A stretch of 64,000 nucleotides of DNA from a virus. Its lineage: Duplodnaviria; Caudoviricetes. The notes under the pieces are model-generated. The model ran no database searches. It was given only the letters and a program-made list of their open reading frames with translations, and was not told where the DNA came from. Location of the stretch: positions 15,873-79,872 of the IMG/VR virus record IMGVR_UViG_3300033075_000275; one strand, given 5' to 3'. Made by a program: the position numbers and the translations under genes. Each line of letters opens with the position of its first letter. The stretch's first letter is position 1. Below are positions 10,997-21,528 of the stretch, piece by piece.

Positions 10997-11423
10997 CTGG
11001 CTGCACCTCTACTCTTTTAGCAAGAATTTCGTTCTCTATAAAATCACCGAATGGATCAAATCTCCGATAGTTACCTTGAACCTCAAACATAGTGGCCCGG
11101 CCATCAAAACTACCAACCTCATACCATAATAGTTCTCCGTCCGCACCACGTATGTTTGTGATTCTGTATCGCTTCGATACATCTTCTACAGTAAGAATCT
11201 TTATGACTTCGAATTCTCTGTAGATGGCATTAAACTTCTTACCACTCGATGCATCAGACACAGCATCGGTGGCAATTGATGTTGCATAGCATGGTATGGT
11301 TTTCTTGTATGTCCAGGCACGGTTGATTGCACCACTCGCCTCATCCTGCGTAACTTCAAGTTCCAGCAGATCGGCGGTCATGTTATAGTTACCAGAAACT
11401 AAACAACCGCTGAATGGCATCAT
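10989..11423 (-). CDS. Head closure (stopper) protein
   Basis: 144 aa, position after adaptor. Confidence 0.55.
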   Translation of the reverse strand: MMPFSGCLVSGNYNMTADLLELEVTQDEASGAINRAWTYKKTIPCYATSIATDAVSDASSGKKFNAIYREFEVIKILTVEDVSKRYRITNIRGADGELLWYEVGSFDGRATMFEVQGNYRRFDPFGDFIENEILAKRVEVQPVG

Positions 11424-12349
11424 ATCACAAACATACCTGGCGCACGGTATTCTGAAAGCAACTGATCAACCATCAAGTTTCCCGTTCCAAGGAATGCGGC
11501 GGTTGAGAAGTCTAGTTTCCAGTCTCTCATTTGAATAGCCTTTACATACTTGGCCCGCCACTTTGCATCTCTGCACAAGAAGTCATGCATCAATAACATC
11601 GTGGCCTCGGTAATATCTACCGGAACATACTCATATCCGAATAATCCAGTAATATCGTACTTCCATCCAGTGCGGAATATTCCGCGAGTCCACACAACAC
11701 TCTTTGTCTCGTACTCATCAATATTATGATCTGCTACTATTCTGATAGACATTCCTGTTTCTGTAGGAACAACATCGTATCCGAATGTATTGAGCATTAT
11801 TTCTGTATCTATTACAGGAACATTATTCTCGGCCAGGGCTAGTACGGACGTTACATTCTCACCGATCCATAGAACATCAGCCCCGGTCCCGTAGGCAGTA
11901 ACAACTTTAGTCTCCCTACCGAACGTCTGACCACAATACTTATCAACAATATATCTGGCGTAACGTTCAGCAACTACAGTTTCTTCATATACGGCTGGAT
12001 CGCCAAGGTTCAAGCCATACCGCCCGGCGAATTCCTCTGGCGTAGCATATGGTCTAACCATGTGGTGACCATCTATAAATGAAACAGTCTCGGTTGAATC
12101 CTGCGATCCCAACGGGAAAGTCCAGATCAATTCAAACGTGCCGGGATCACCAGACGGAACATCAACCGCCCATGCCTTAGAAGCACTGGCTGGCAGTTCA
12201 TTCGGTACAACCAGTGTCGGCGTCAAAACAACATCAGCCATCAGCGGTCGCCTAAACAACACATCCGGTGTGTACTGCAACCTAGTTGCGTCTACTGGAT
12301 ATATGTAACGATGTGCTGTTCCGCCTCTGTCACTATAAAATTCAGCCAT
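11420..12349 (-). CDS. Head-to-tail adaptor
   Basis: 309 aa, YATPEEF...ARYIVDKYCGQ and VPVDITEATMLLM motifs typical of gp6/gp15-like adaptors. Confidence 0.7.
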   Translation of the reverse strand: MAEFYSDRGGTAHRYIYPVDATRLQYTPDVLFRRPLMADVVLTPTLVVPNELPASASKAWAVDVPSGDPGTFELIWTFPLGSQDSTETVSFIDGHHMVRPYATPEEFAGRYGLNLGDPAVYEETVVAERYARYIVDKYCGQTFGRETKVVTAYGTGADVLWIGENVTSVLALAENNVPVIDTEIMLNTFGYDVVPTETGMSIRIVADHNIDEYETKSVVWTRGIFRTGWKYDITGLFGYEYVPVDITEATMLLMHDFLCRDAKWRAKYVKAIQMRDWKLDFSTAAFLGTGNLMVDQLLSEYRAPGMFVI

Positions 12350-12353
12350 TATA

Positions 12354-12752
12354 TTACGAGTAGTATTCCTCTACCTCTTTGGGGGTTGCTACTCTAAAGC
12401 CTTCCTCGTTATCAAATATTTTTTGTGCCTCTTTCTTTGACATAACCACGAACGGGTGAGTCTTTGTGAATACGTGGCCGAATGTCTCGTAATGCGGATT
12501 GGCACGTACCATTCTTACTAGAACGGTCTGCCCAGGTGTCAGAACCGGCTCGGTAGCATTAAACAGATCAAGGACATCTGTGGCTTCCTGCTCGCGGGCA
12601 TCTGGCGTAAGAGCAACATACTGATCCCATGTAACACCATCAGCCTCAATGGCAGCAATAATATCAGCCTTGTGGGTTGTTCCGTCTAACTCTACACCGA
12701 AATACTCGGCAACATCTCTTAATTCTGCAACCTTTAGTGTTTCAAACGACAT
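12354..12752 (-). CDS. Virion-associated protein with N-terminal HeH/Rho-N-like motif
   Basis: LKVAELRDVAEYFGV...KADII; own TGaTATAAT promoter near 12777-12785. Confidence 0.55.
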   Translation of the reverse strand: MSFETLKVAELRDVAEYFGVELDGTTHKADIIAAIEADGVTWDQYVALTPDAREQEATDVLDLFNATEPVLTPGQTVLVRMVRANPHYETFGHVFTKTHPFVVMSKKEAQKIFDNEEGFRVATPKEVEEYYS

Positions 12753-12807
12753 ATTTTTCCTCCTATGTGTCCATCTGATTATATCATATGCCAATACAAA
12801 GACAAAC

Positions 12808-12840
12808 TGCTAGGGCCGGAGATAAACCCCGGCCCTAGCA
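12808..12840 (-). terminator. Intrinsic terminator after major capsid gene
   Basis: Perfect 12-bp stem TGCTAGGGCCGG/CCGGCCCTAGCA, T-rich tail on minus strand. Confidence 0.85.
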
Positions 12841-12858
12841 TGTTAGTTGTTCAATCGA

Positions 12859-13860
12859 TCAGGATGCTACCTTGACATCCCTTACGTGTACCCATGCATC
12901 CAGGTTCTCAACCTGCACGCCTGTACGGACATAAACTGTGTACTCGATTGCGTCCTTCTTTGGCTTGAATTCACGGTAAACCTGTACCTCACGCTTTACT
13001 CCCCAAATACGGTTCTGTGGGAACGTAAGATCAATGTCACCATGCTCTCCTACTGCACCGGAATACGATCCAGCAAGAGTCTCGTCATATAGAGGAACCT
13101 CGACTACGGGAATTCCGAACGCTAGTGCAGAGACGTTACCGGGAGCCGAAGGGCTACCGACAATCACTGATGCAGCGATTGATTCAGGCGTTACGGCAAT
13201 GTTTGTCATACCGTATACGTAATCCTGAGTCAAGTTGCTTCCGGCGTAGAAGCGCAACTGGTTACGACGCTGTAGGTACTTACGAGGCATGTTCTTGATT
13301 GCCTGATTAAATACGTACTTACCGTCAGTTGCACCCGATCCAGAAAGCGTTGCTCCACCAGCCGAAATCACTCTACCACCATCTAGGGCTAACTTGCGGT
13401 AGCCATTAAATGACTTCAAAAGCGGGTCTGCTGAGTGAACGACTGTATCACCGTTGATTGCCAAGTCCTCAACATCGTTACCGAATTGAGTAGCCATCAG
13501 ACGAGCGATGTGATCTTCCAGGCCTGCGCCCTCGATGTTATCTTCCAAAGACTCAGTTGTCAACTCGTAGTCCAAACGGAGTTTCGTAGTTGTAAGAGAA
13601 ATCTTTGTGAATGTAGCATCTTCGTTCACACCGTCATCGACACCCTCAGTGGCCTTGCGTACAATACGCTGACCAACATTTACCTTGTCAATATCAACCG
13701 TGTCAGCGCGCATTCTTACTGTGCGGCCTTCCTTTGCGAGAACTGTTGTATCCCACATGTAGTCGATGAAACGGTTGGACTGTTCTGCGTTCAACAGACC
13801 ACCACTGTCAGCACCAACCTCTGTGGTATTGATTACCTTCTCTAAAAGTTCGTTGCTCAT
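12859..13860 (-). CDS. Major capsid protein (HK97 fold)
   Basis: GGLLNAEQSNRFIDYM, LATQFGNDVEDLAINGD motifs; follows protease/scaffold; start placed at MSNELL behind AGGTG RBS. Confidence 0.92.
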   Translation of the reverse strand: MSNELLEKVINTTEVGADSGGLLNAEQSNRFIDYMWDTTVLAKEGRTVRMRADTVDIDKVNVGQRIVRKATEGVDDGVNEDATFTKISLTTTKLRLDYELTTESLEDNIEGAGLEDHIARLMATQFGNDVEDLAINGDTVVHSADPLLKSFNGYRKLALDGGRVISAGGATLSGSGATDGKYVFNQAIKNMPRKYLQRRNQLRFYAGSNLTQDYVYGMTNIAVTPESIAASVIVGSPSAPGNVSALAFGIPVVEVPLYDETLAGSYSGAVGEHGDIDLTFPQNRIWGVKREVQVYREFKPKKDAIEYTVYVRTGVQVENLDAWVHVRDVKVAS

Positions 13861-13895
13861 TTTGTTATTTTTCACCTACCTTTTTATTTGTAATT

Positions 13896-15146
13896 TCAGA
13901 TATCGCGGGTTGAAAGGAAGCGCCCGCCCCATACACCGGTTTGTTCTGATTTGGTGATGGTTTCCTCAGACCCGCCAAGGTCTGCGGACTTCTGTACAGC
14001 AGCCTGCTTGTCAATGGCCGCTAGGCCCTTTTCCACGCGCTCAACTCCTTCGTTGAGAGCGCCAACAGACTTGCTTAAATCTTCATACTTTGCTTCGAAT
14101 GCCTCAAAACGGCTCTCTACGCTCTTTTGCAGTTCATCAATTGTTGTGATTACTTCTGCCAAGCGGTCAGCACTCAATGCCTTCGCCGCCACGTCATTAA
14201 CATAAGCGCGCAAATCGTCAAGGCTCTTAACAAGATCAGGCTCGCCCGACTCGTCAACCTCCGAAACCTCCGCTGCCTTTTCTTCGACAACTACTTCATC
14301 GGATACTACCTCTTCGACAACATCTGCCTTTTCTACTATTTCTGTGTCCATTTCGTTACCTCCTTCGCCAATATTCTTTTCTACCTGCGTGAGTTCCGAA
14401 ACTGAGTCGGGCAGGGAGTCGTTGTGCATCGAGGCCATGACAGCCTTAATCGCCAATACCTTTTCATTGGCTGATGCTACATCTTCAATCCATCCTATAT
14501 TATTCATCTGGCACCCGCACGAAACACATTCGGCAGATTCACTATCACTAGTCTTGGCAACGGAATCATTTTCGCAATAGAATACGTTTAATGTTTTTGT
14601 GTCTACGGCCATTCCGGTCACAACACCGTCCTTAACCTTCACAACTGACAAGACATTAGCGAGTTGATTCGCTGGTGAATCCACTAGGCTCAACTCCACC
14701 ATTTCATAATCAGTTACAACGCGAATGGTCTTATCCATCTCTGCATCGTAATAAACATCTGCATCCTTGATTTGTGCGCCGATTGAGAATCCACTCAAAG
14801 TGCCGTCCAATACCTTTTCCCAAGTATCCTGGGCGCCCTTGGAAACATATGCAGTAACATAGATTCCGCTGTACATCTTTGATGTGGTCGGGTCATAGTA
14901 GGCTTCCTGTGAAAATGATAGAACCTTGCCAACTGCCACCGGGGCGTGCATCTCACGTAGATTTCCACGGAAGGTGTCAAACGCCTTCACGCTGGCCTCG
15001 TATGAAACAATGTCGTCCTGACGATCAACATTGTCAAGGGTCGCAAATCCACTCACAGTCCGCTTTTCCTGATCTACTTTTTGAAAAGGAACGCTGAGAG
15101 AAAGACTATCTCCGTTTGTATGCCAATGATTTTTCTCTATTTTCAT
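13896..15146 (-). CDS. Capsid maturation protease fused to acidic scaffold
   Basis: LREMH, GFSIGA, ELSLVDSPANQLA motifs (HK97-type protease), Cys-rich linker, acidic coiled-coil C-terminus. Confidence 0.88.
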   Translation of the reverse strand: MKIEKNHWHTNGDSLSLSVPFQKVDQEKRTVSGFATLDNVDRQDDIVSYEASVKAFDTFRGNLREMHAPVAVGKVLSFSQEAYYDPTTSKMYSGIYVTAYVSKGAQDTWEKVLDGTLSGFSIGAQIKDADVYYDAEMDKTIRVVTDYEMVELSLVDSPANQLANVLSVVKVKDGVVTGMAVDTKTLNVFYCENDSVAKTSDSESAECVSCGCQMNNIGWIEDVASANEKVLAIKAVMASMHNDSLPDSVSELTQVEKNIGEGGNEMDTEIVEKADVVEEVVSDEVVVEEKAAEVSEVDESGEPDLVKSLDDLRAYVNDVAAKALSADRLAEVITTIDELQKSVESRFEAFEAKYEDLSKSVGALNEGVERVEKGLAAIDKQAAVQKSADLGGSEETITKSEQTGVWGGRFLSTRDI

Positions 15147-15185
15147 GGTGTTTTCATAATAGTAGCAAATAAATTAAAAAGCAAA

Positions 15186-16748
15186 TTACGCCGTTGTTCT
15201 GCCACTACCTTGTGTATTTCTTCCCTCCCCTGCTGAATCTGTTTGATTATTTGTACGCTCCTGGTCGCGCGTTCTGGTCTGTCCCTGCTGGGCTCGCGCT
15301 TCGGCTGCCTGCTGTGGCTTCAAATCAACAACCTTATCGCCGCCCTTCAATGGCGCTAGACCCTGACGGGCACGAATCTCATTCGGAGTCAACCACTGAT
15401 TTCTGATTCCACGCTCGTCAATCTTTGACTGAGTGTCCTCATCGGTCAGAGTTAATTCGTTCAACTTGACAACAAAAATGTCGGTGAACTCAGCAATGAT
15501 ACGATTAAGCCGCTTTTCCAAACGTGCCTGTTCTGGCCTGGTTACCTGCTCCTTGAAATTCTTGTCAGAATCTCTGGCAGCCGCCAGACCAACGCCGTCC
15601 ATGATTCCAACCTTTGTCAAAGGAACACGGTGGCTCATCAATACCTCGTCACGATTGGATTTACGATACTGATTGAATGAACTGTCCTGCGAGCCCGACT
15701 CGATTGGCTTGATTTCAAGCGACACCTTTGCTTCCGGGGTATCTGCTGGTAGAGGAATATATATGCTTCTGTGATTCTTTCCCTTCAATGTTGAAAGGAA
15801 GAACTCATGCATACTCTTCTCTGCCTTCGATCCCATCGAAATACCCTTAGACACAATCATATACTTTGGTACAGCCTTGTGTTCGAAGTAGTCAAGATTA
15901 AATCTCTGTGCGAACTCATCACCGGCAACCGCCGACTTGGCAGCCATTACATCCGGCACACCATAGTATGTATTAGTGGGACTATATTTCTTTATATGAA
16001 TTAACTCATTGGGACTTCCATCGCCATTGAGGGGGTCGGATGTCTTTCTATCGCCAAAGTTTCTGAAAAATACAGTCTTGTTTCCTACTACCTGCACGAA
16101 CCCGTCTCTATTTACTCGTACTCTAATCGTAGTAGACGGAGCATGGCCAATATATCCTATTTGTCCGCCCTTAGTCCTACCAATCTCAATATATCCATTG
16201 CCAGTAGCCTCGTAGTCGATCCATGCTTTAGAAAGAACTTCTACAAGAGTATCCTCATCATTGAGAGTATCGAGAAATTCCTTCAAGCGGTTGCGCTCGC
16301 GGGTGATCTTTTTACCCATCTTTTCACGCTTACCGGAATCCTCCACCGCCTCTAGGCGTTCCTTCATGCGGGGCGACTCTATCAACTCCCACCCAAGACC
16401 GACAATGTTGGATGTCTTTGCATTTATCGCTGATCTGTTCGGTGACGAAATGTCATATATCTGGGCCAGATAGTCTAGGTTATATGGAGGCTGGACAACC
16501 TGAAAAGCATCATAGCCGGTGTACTGCCATGACTCTAGATACTTTGACTTGGCCCCGCCCGTGCCAGTATATGCTTTTTCAATTCCACGGGATATTCTAC
16601 GCTTTGCTGATAATGAAGCAACACTTAATGTCTTAACCTCGTCTCCAGAAACAGCAAACGGATCAGCATTTTTGAATGCCTCGGTATATGTTCCAAGGCT
16701 TACTTCTATCTCCGTTGACTCAACACTATCCACTGATTCAGCCCTCAT
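15186..16748 (-). CDS. Portal protein
   Basis: 520 aa; DYEATGNGYIEI, YYGVPD, HRVP, LTPNEIRARQGLAP motifs. Confidence 0.92.
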   Translation of the reverse strand: MRAESVDSVESTEIEVSLGTYTEAFKNADPFAVSGDEVKTLSVASLSAKRRISRGIEKAYTGTGGAKSKYLESWQYTGYDAFQVVQPPYNLDYLAQIYDISSPNRSAINAKTSNIVGLGWELIESPRMKERLEAVEDSGKREKMGKKITRERNRLKEFLDTLNDEDTLVEVLSKAWIDYEATGNGYIEIGRTKGGQIGYIGHAPSTTIRVRVNRDGFVQVVGNKTVFFRNFGDRKTSDPLNGDGSPNELIHIKKYSPTNTYYGVPDVMAAKSAVAGDEFAQRFNLDYFEHKAVPKYMIVSKGISMGSKAEKSMHEFFLSTLKGKNHRSIYIPLPADTPEAKVSLEIKPIESGSQDSSFNQYRKSNRDEVLMSHRVPLTKVGIMDGVGLAAARDSDKNFKEQVTRPEQARLEKRLNRIIAEFTDIFVVKLNELTLTDEDTQSKIDERGIRNQWLTPNEIRARQGLAPLKGGDKVVDLKPQQAAEARAQQGQTRTRDQERTNNQTDSAGEGRNTQGSGRTTA

Positions 16749-17067
16749 GCTGTTGCTTAAACCTCAATTCATCCTGTACTGCGCCGAAGTCATACTCATC
16801 CGGCAACAGCCCGGCTGCCATACGCTCTCGCTGATGCTGATACTCAGATTCAGATACCTTTCTGTGCCCGGCCAGGAAAACTGGCTTGCCGTCAGGGAAT
16901 CCATAGTGAGCGGCCACGGTCGCCAGGCGATTCATTTTCTTCACGTCGTATTTGGTCGAGGCTATACTGAGATGATTTCCTTCATCATCCGTTAAATATC
17001 TTCCATCTGGTAACTGCCAGACGTATAGACCATGATTGGTATGATCAACAACTTGTATTTTACTCAT
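16738..17067 (-). CDS. Hypothetical protein upstream of portal (leaderless)
   Basis: 109 aa; TGaTACAAT -10 exactly 6 nt before ATG. Confidence 0.7.
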   Translation of the reverse strand: MSKIQVVDHTNHGLYVWQLPDGRYLTDDEGNHLSIASTKYDVKKMNRLATVAAHYGFPDGKPVFLAGHRKVSESEYQHQRERMAAGLLPDEYDFGAVQDELRFKQQHEG

Positions 17068-17108
17068 GTGTGGATTGTATCATTTCTATTACTTTAAAGC
17101 AAAATATG

Positions 17109-19478
17109 TCAACGTGTGGCACCGGTTGTCTCCCAACTGTACGAATATGTGAAGATCGCTGGCGTAGATTCGATGTGTTGTACCTCATTTTTGTTCGGCG
17201 CTGATCGCTCATCTATCTTGATGGCATTATCAGCACTGGCCGCGCCCCAATGCTTTAACATCATATTTTCTGTCATTGCGTAGTCATATGTTGCTATATC
17301 GAAAAAGATTACTTCTGGGCCGTCAGCGAGATTTGCTGTTCCAGTTGCCCCATACTCAATTATTGCTGCTATAGCATCGGTAAGTACCCCGATAATATGC
17401 ATTGGGCGCTTATCCACAATGGCATAACTTCCATCGAGAGTAACATCAACTCCATTGATCTGTATTGTATCAAGACCGCTCCACGTCAACTCCCCCGCGC
17501 TTGCGCGCAGGTACGGTCCATCATTGCTGGAAAAAACATCGAAGTAACCAGTTGTCGGTGGCTGCACACTGGCAACCAATTCTATAGTTCCATATACTTC
17601 TTCTGCGGAAACCAATCCACTACGAGACTCATCTGCATATGGCAACATCCATGCTCCATCAAATACTCTGACAAGTGTGGGGTGACTATAGTTTTCTCCA
17701 AATAAGTATAGCCCGGCTCCTGGCGTTAGCACATCAGTAGAACCCTCTGACTTCAAGACGGGGCCATCAGCATTATATATCTTAAACCCTATCTTCTGAA
17801 TGACACTAAAATTAGAAACTTGATACGATATTCTGGCCGGATCAACCGTATTTCCAAATTCGCCCGTCTGTGGAATTACTAGATCAGCACTTGGTATCGT
17901 GTCGATACCATGCGGCTCTTTGAACGAAATAAGTGGATCGAATGTTTTAGATGTTGCTTCATAATCGTCACCGGCTATAGTAATATAACCTCCGACTCCA
18001 TAATGAGTAATCTGGTGGCCACTGTATATTCCTGTACTGGGTGTATCAAAATAGACTCTTATATATGGAATCTTTAACACTGTCATCCTAGCGTTATCAT
18101 CCATCAACACATACGCGGTTGCCGAGTCGGTAAGATGCGCCGCCCCAGGCGCAAATACTGTCGTTTCCATTGGAGCAATATTATTGAAATAAAGAAATCC
18201 TACCTGATAGATCGGAGTTAATCCATAATAATCAACGTCCTGTCCGAATATCAAATTACCCGTATATCCAGACGGAAATAGTGACGGAATGTCTGGATCG
18301 GCAGAAAACTCTAACAATGTATCGCCAACATATATATTTATCACATCATTGGTAGCAACGATTGATATAGTTGTTTCTATAAGATCATGAGTTGTATCAG
18401 ATGTATATGAAACAATTGCAACGTTGTCCCATCCACTAAATTCTACAGTGATATGATCGGTGGAATCTCTGGAAATTTTAAATTTTAGCATATCACTAAG
18501 ATAACTAACAAGCGTAAGAATGCGGGCTTCGCCCGGAGCGGCAGCATTGACGTAGAAAGATGTACTACCACTATTTAATGACATATATCTATGAACATCA
18601 TCAATTCGTATACAACTAGATGCATCCAACTCTATTAATCCAAGGGTGCCCCTGGTCGGCGTTGCCGCCGATCCATTTTCAAGATACTGGGCGTAACCGG
18701 GGTCATCATCCTCAACGGCCACCAAATTTCCATCTACATCTATGGACGCATTGGCAACCATTACAGCAGTGAACTCTTTGCCAGTAATCTCCTTTTCAAG
18801 AAGCAGGACCGAATCCTTGTCTGTCATTTTATAGAACTCTCCGCCGTCAGAAATACAAATATCTGAATATAGCATATTAGTCGTTGATATTGCTTCATAG
18901 CGTTCACTGATTTCGTCCAGCGAACACACCCTGTCATACATGGAAAAATGCCCGATTCGCCTACAGTTTACACTGAATTCTAGACATTCAAGGAATGCAT
19001 CTGTTCTGATTACATATTCTTCCGGCTCGCCATCAATTATGATCGCAGCCGCCTGGCCCGTGGAAACGATTGATACGAGATGAATCTCTCGCTGCGGCAA
19101 TCTGATTGTAAAAATACCGAATCCTTGCATTGTTAATTCTAGCGAACCATTTGCATATATGACCTGTAAATTATCTGATGTGATATACGACACATTATTA
19201 TCAGTTCTATATACCACAAACTCTATTGTCCATGGCTTTAATTCGGCATCTATTTGGTAGACCCGCCCATCATTAGGGATGGAGTGAGTCTCATCAAAAC
19301 TTGAAAAGATTGATCCTGGGAATTGCCCCACAGATGGTGGAACTGTTGACAGATGATCGACAGAGTTTGTAATATCTGCACCGATACGTCCATAGTTATT
19401 CGCCCAATCACTGTCTTGGTTCAGTTTGTAATATGCTAATGGGCTGGATGATCTTACTAAATCTTCATACTTGGACAT
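17109..19478 (-). CDS. LamG/concanavalin-like minor tail protein
   Basis: 789 aa starting SPLAYYKLNQ...WTIEF, a motif typical of LamG-domain phage proteins. Confidence 0.7.
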   Translation of the reverse strand: MSKYEDLVRSSSPLAYYKLNQDSDWANNYGRIGADITNSVDHLSTVPPSVGQFPGSIFSSFDETHSIPNDGRVYQIDAELKPWTIEFVVYRTDNNVSYITSDNLQVIYANGSLELTMQGFGIFTIRLPQREIHLVSIVSTGQAAAIIIDGEPEEYVIRTDAFLECLEFSVNCRRIGHFSMYDRVCSLDEISERYEAISTTNMLYSDICISDGGEFYKMTDKDSVLLLEKEITGKEFTAVMVANASIDVDGNLVAVEDDDPGYAQYLENGSAATPTRGTLGLIELDASSCIRIDDVHRYMSLNSGSTSFYVNAAAPGEARILTLVSYLSDMLKFKISRDSTDHITVEFSGWDNVAIVSYTSDTTHDLIETTISIVATNDVINIYVGDTLLEFSADPDIPSLFPSGYTGNLIFGQDVDYYGLTPIYQVGFLYFNNIAPMETTVFAPGAAHLTDSATAYVLMDDNARMTVLKIPYIRVYFDTPSTGIYSGHQITHYGVGGYITIAGDDYEATSKTFDPLISFKEPHGIDTIPSADLVIPQTGEFGNTVDPARISYQVSNFSVIQKIGFKIYNADGPVLKSEGSTDVLTPGAGLYLFGENYSHPTLVRVFDGAWMLPYADESRSGLVSAEEVYGTIELVASVQPPTTGYFDVFSSNDGPYLRASAGELTWSGLDTIQINGVDVTLDGSYAIVDKRPMHIIGVLTDAIAAIIEYGATGTANLADGPEVIFFDIATYDYAMTENMMLKHWGAASADNAIKIDERSAPNKNEVQHIESTPAIFTYSYSWETTGATR

Positions 19479-19502
19479 AGATCAATTATAGGTTCATTTG
19501 GG

Positions 19503-19626
19503 GGAAAAGGCAAGCGGTAGGATGATTGCCCCTACCGCCGCCCGTAACTAAAACCATCCTAAGTGTAACCTGCACTTAGGCCGAACGACTCCAACGCTGC
19601 CAACTCGCGGACTCCGCAGAATCGTT
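19503..19626 (-). ncRNA. Candidate structured small RNA
   Basis: TATAAT at 19633-19638, three separate stem-loop domains, terminator hairpin 19514-19538 with T tract. Confidence 0.4.
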
Positions 19627-19640
19627 ACTAGCATTATACA

Positions 19641-20153
19641 CTATTTCACGCCCCAATGATCGGGGAAGATTTCTCGTAATCTTCTACCGAATGTGTCACT
19701 TGTAGTGTGTGCGCTCATATCTTCATCCCATACAGCCACCGCAATTTCGTCAACCGTTGGTGCAGTTGAGCCGCCGCCGCCGGTTGTTGAGAACGAAATA
19801 GCCTGAACTGGCTGCTGGTAGTTTATACGAACAACATAATTACCATCGGTGTTCTTGAACGGATCACCACCACCAGCCACAAGCAGGATACCGTCTCTGA
19901 CACTCAAAGTATGGTTCGCTTCTTGTGGCTTTATCTTCCATCCATTTTGGACAAAGACATATATGGGGATATACGTACCGGCAGATGGATCAATTGGATC
20001 ACCACCAGTTGATGAAAACGCAGGATAGTATTTTGAGTTATCACTAACTGCAAGCCAGTCCACCCACCGACTCCATAAATCACGTATAGAGACGTTAGTT
20101 GTTCCAGCAGTAAGTGTTATTGTCTTAGTGACTCCATCAAAAACATATCCCAT
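19641..20153 (-). CDS. Tail-fibre module structural protein
   Basis: 170 aa beta-rich, co-transcribed with 20166-25215. Confidence 0.6.
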   Translation of the reverse strand: MGYVFDGVTKTITLTAGTTNVSIRDLWSRWVDWLAVSDNSKYYPAFSSTGGDPIDPSAGTYIPIYVFVQNGWKIKPQEANHTLSVRDGILLVAGGGDPFKNTDGNYVVRINYQQPVQAISFSTTGGGGSTAPTVDEIAVAVWDEDMSAHTTSDTFGRRLREIFPDHWGVK

Positions 20154-20165
20154 GTCATTATCCTA

Positions 20166-21518
20166 TCACGGTAGGTAGGCGCGGTCCTGCTCAGCAACCA
20201 ATGAAATACCTTGTCCAGTTGAGCGAGTGATAGTATATGTTGAAACAACTGGCTTGGCCGACCCTGGATTACCAGCAACAACTGTCACAGACGCATCTGT
20301 TCCGGCAGTTCTACCTCCCTGGACGTTACCGTCGTAATCAAACGTGAACGGAATTGATCCAGATGATATTGTTCCAGTAATATCTGCATCTGAGGCATCC
20401 TGTACCGTAATCGCGCCAGCCAAACCGTAGTCATTTGATCCTGCTAGATCAGTGAAATACATTCTGTAATATCCCGTTCCACCAGCAGAAAGGAACGAGT
20501 TGAAGTTCAGCGTTCCAGTTGCAACGTATGGGAATGTACGAGGCGTACCACCCTGATCAGTGAACGTCAATCTGTTCGTGTCATCGGTGTTAAAGTTATC
20601 AATGTACACGCCCTGAGTTGTTACGAGCGTATCACCGACAAAATTCAACAGCGCGGCGGCGGTGCGACCGTTGACTGTTCCAGAACCAGCATCAATATCT
20701 GAATCTTGTCGAAGCAAATACTGAACCTTGGTATAAATCTGCTCAGCCGTAGCATTTGCACCATCAATGATAACGCGGAATTGATATTCGGTTCCACCAA
20801 TTGTTCTAGCCTGATCTGTCGCATAATACGTCACATCAATACTTGTGTATGGAGCATCAGCAGCGACAGCCGTGTCATCTGCCTGGATTTTTAGATCATC
20901 TTCGTTAGACAGCAGGAGGTTAACAATATAGGCACCAGTTGCCGTCTTACCCGTATCTGCAAGAATCGAATCACGATACTTCTTTCCATACTCTCGCACG
21001 TAGCCCTTGAAATATGTTCTAGTATCAAAATTACCATTTGTAGAATCCCCGAACACCTGAATTCCTTCATTTACCTCATCAGTAAAGGTAAAACTAGCAG
21101 CAGCGCCGCCGGATGATCGCTGATAGTACAACTGCGCACCAGAACTTACTTCACCGAGCGATACAATACCAACATACTGTCTATTCAGTGCCCCGGCATT
21201 TGAATATTCTGACCATCCACCATCCCTCAACATCTGCCTTGTTGCATCATTTCCCGGCTTCCATCCGTTATATGAGTTACCATCGAATCCAAAAATATAC
21301 TGTCCTGACAGGGCGTCAATGGTATACATTGGGAATGGGTATTTATTATATGCGCTTGTTGTCCATAGGTCAACAAACTTAGAGTATAACGCCTGTAGCG
21401 TTACACCATCTTTCGCTACCAAATTCCCGGCAACATTTAACGTGAATGTCTTTGCTGTTGTATCCACAGTCAACTCTGTACCCACATTAATATTATCCGG
21501 GTCTATAATCTTTGCCAT
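20166..21518 (-). CDS. Tail-fibre module structural protein
   Basis: 450 aa Thr/Gly/Asp-rich beta protein. Confidence 0.65.
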   Translation of the reverse strand: MAKIIDPDNINVGTELTVDTTAKTFTLNVAGNLVAKDGVTLQALYSKFVDLWTTSAYNKYPFPMYTIDALSGQYIFGFDGNSYNGWKPGNDATRQMLRDGGWSEYSNAGALNRQYVGIVSLGEVSSGAQLYYQRSSGGAAASFTFTDEVNEGIQVFGDSTNGNFDTRTYFKGYVREYGKKYRDSILADTGKTATGAYIVNLLLSNEDDLKIQADDTAVAADAPYTSIDVTYYATDQARTIGGTEYQFRVIIDGANATAEQIYTKVQYLLRQDSDIDAGSGTVNGRTAAALLNFVGDTLVTTQGVYIDNFNTDDTNRLTFTDQGGTPRTFPYVATGTLNFNSFLSAGGTGYYRMYFTDLAGSNDYGLAGAITVQDASDADITGTISSGSIPFTFDYDGNVQGGRTAGTDASVTVVAGNPGSAKPVVSTYTITRSTGQGISLVAEQDRAYLP

Positions 21519-21528
21519 TTTTCACTCC

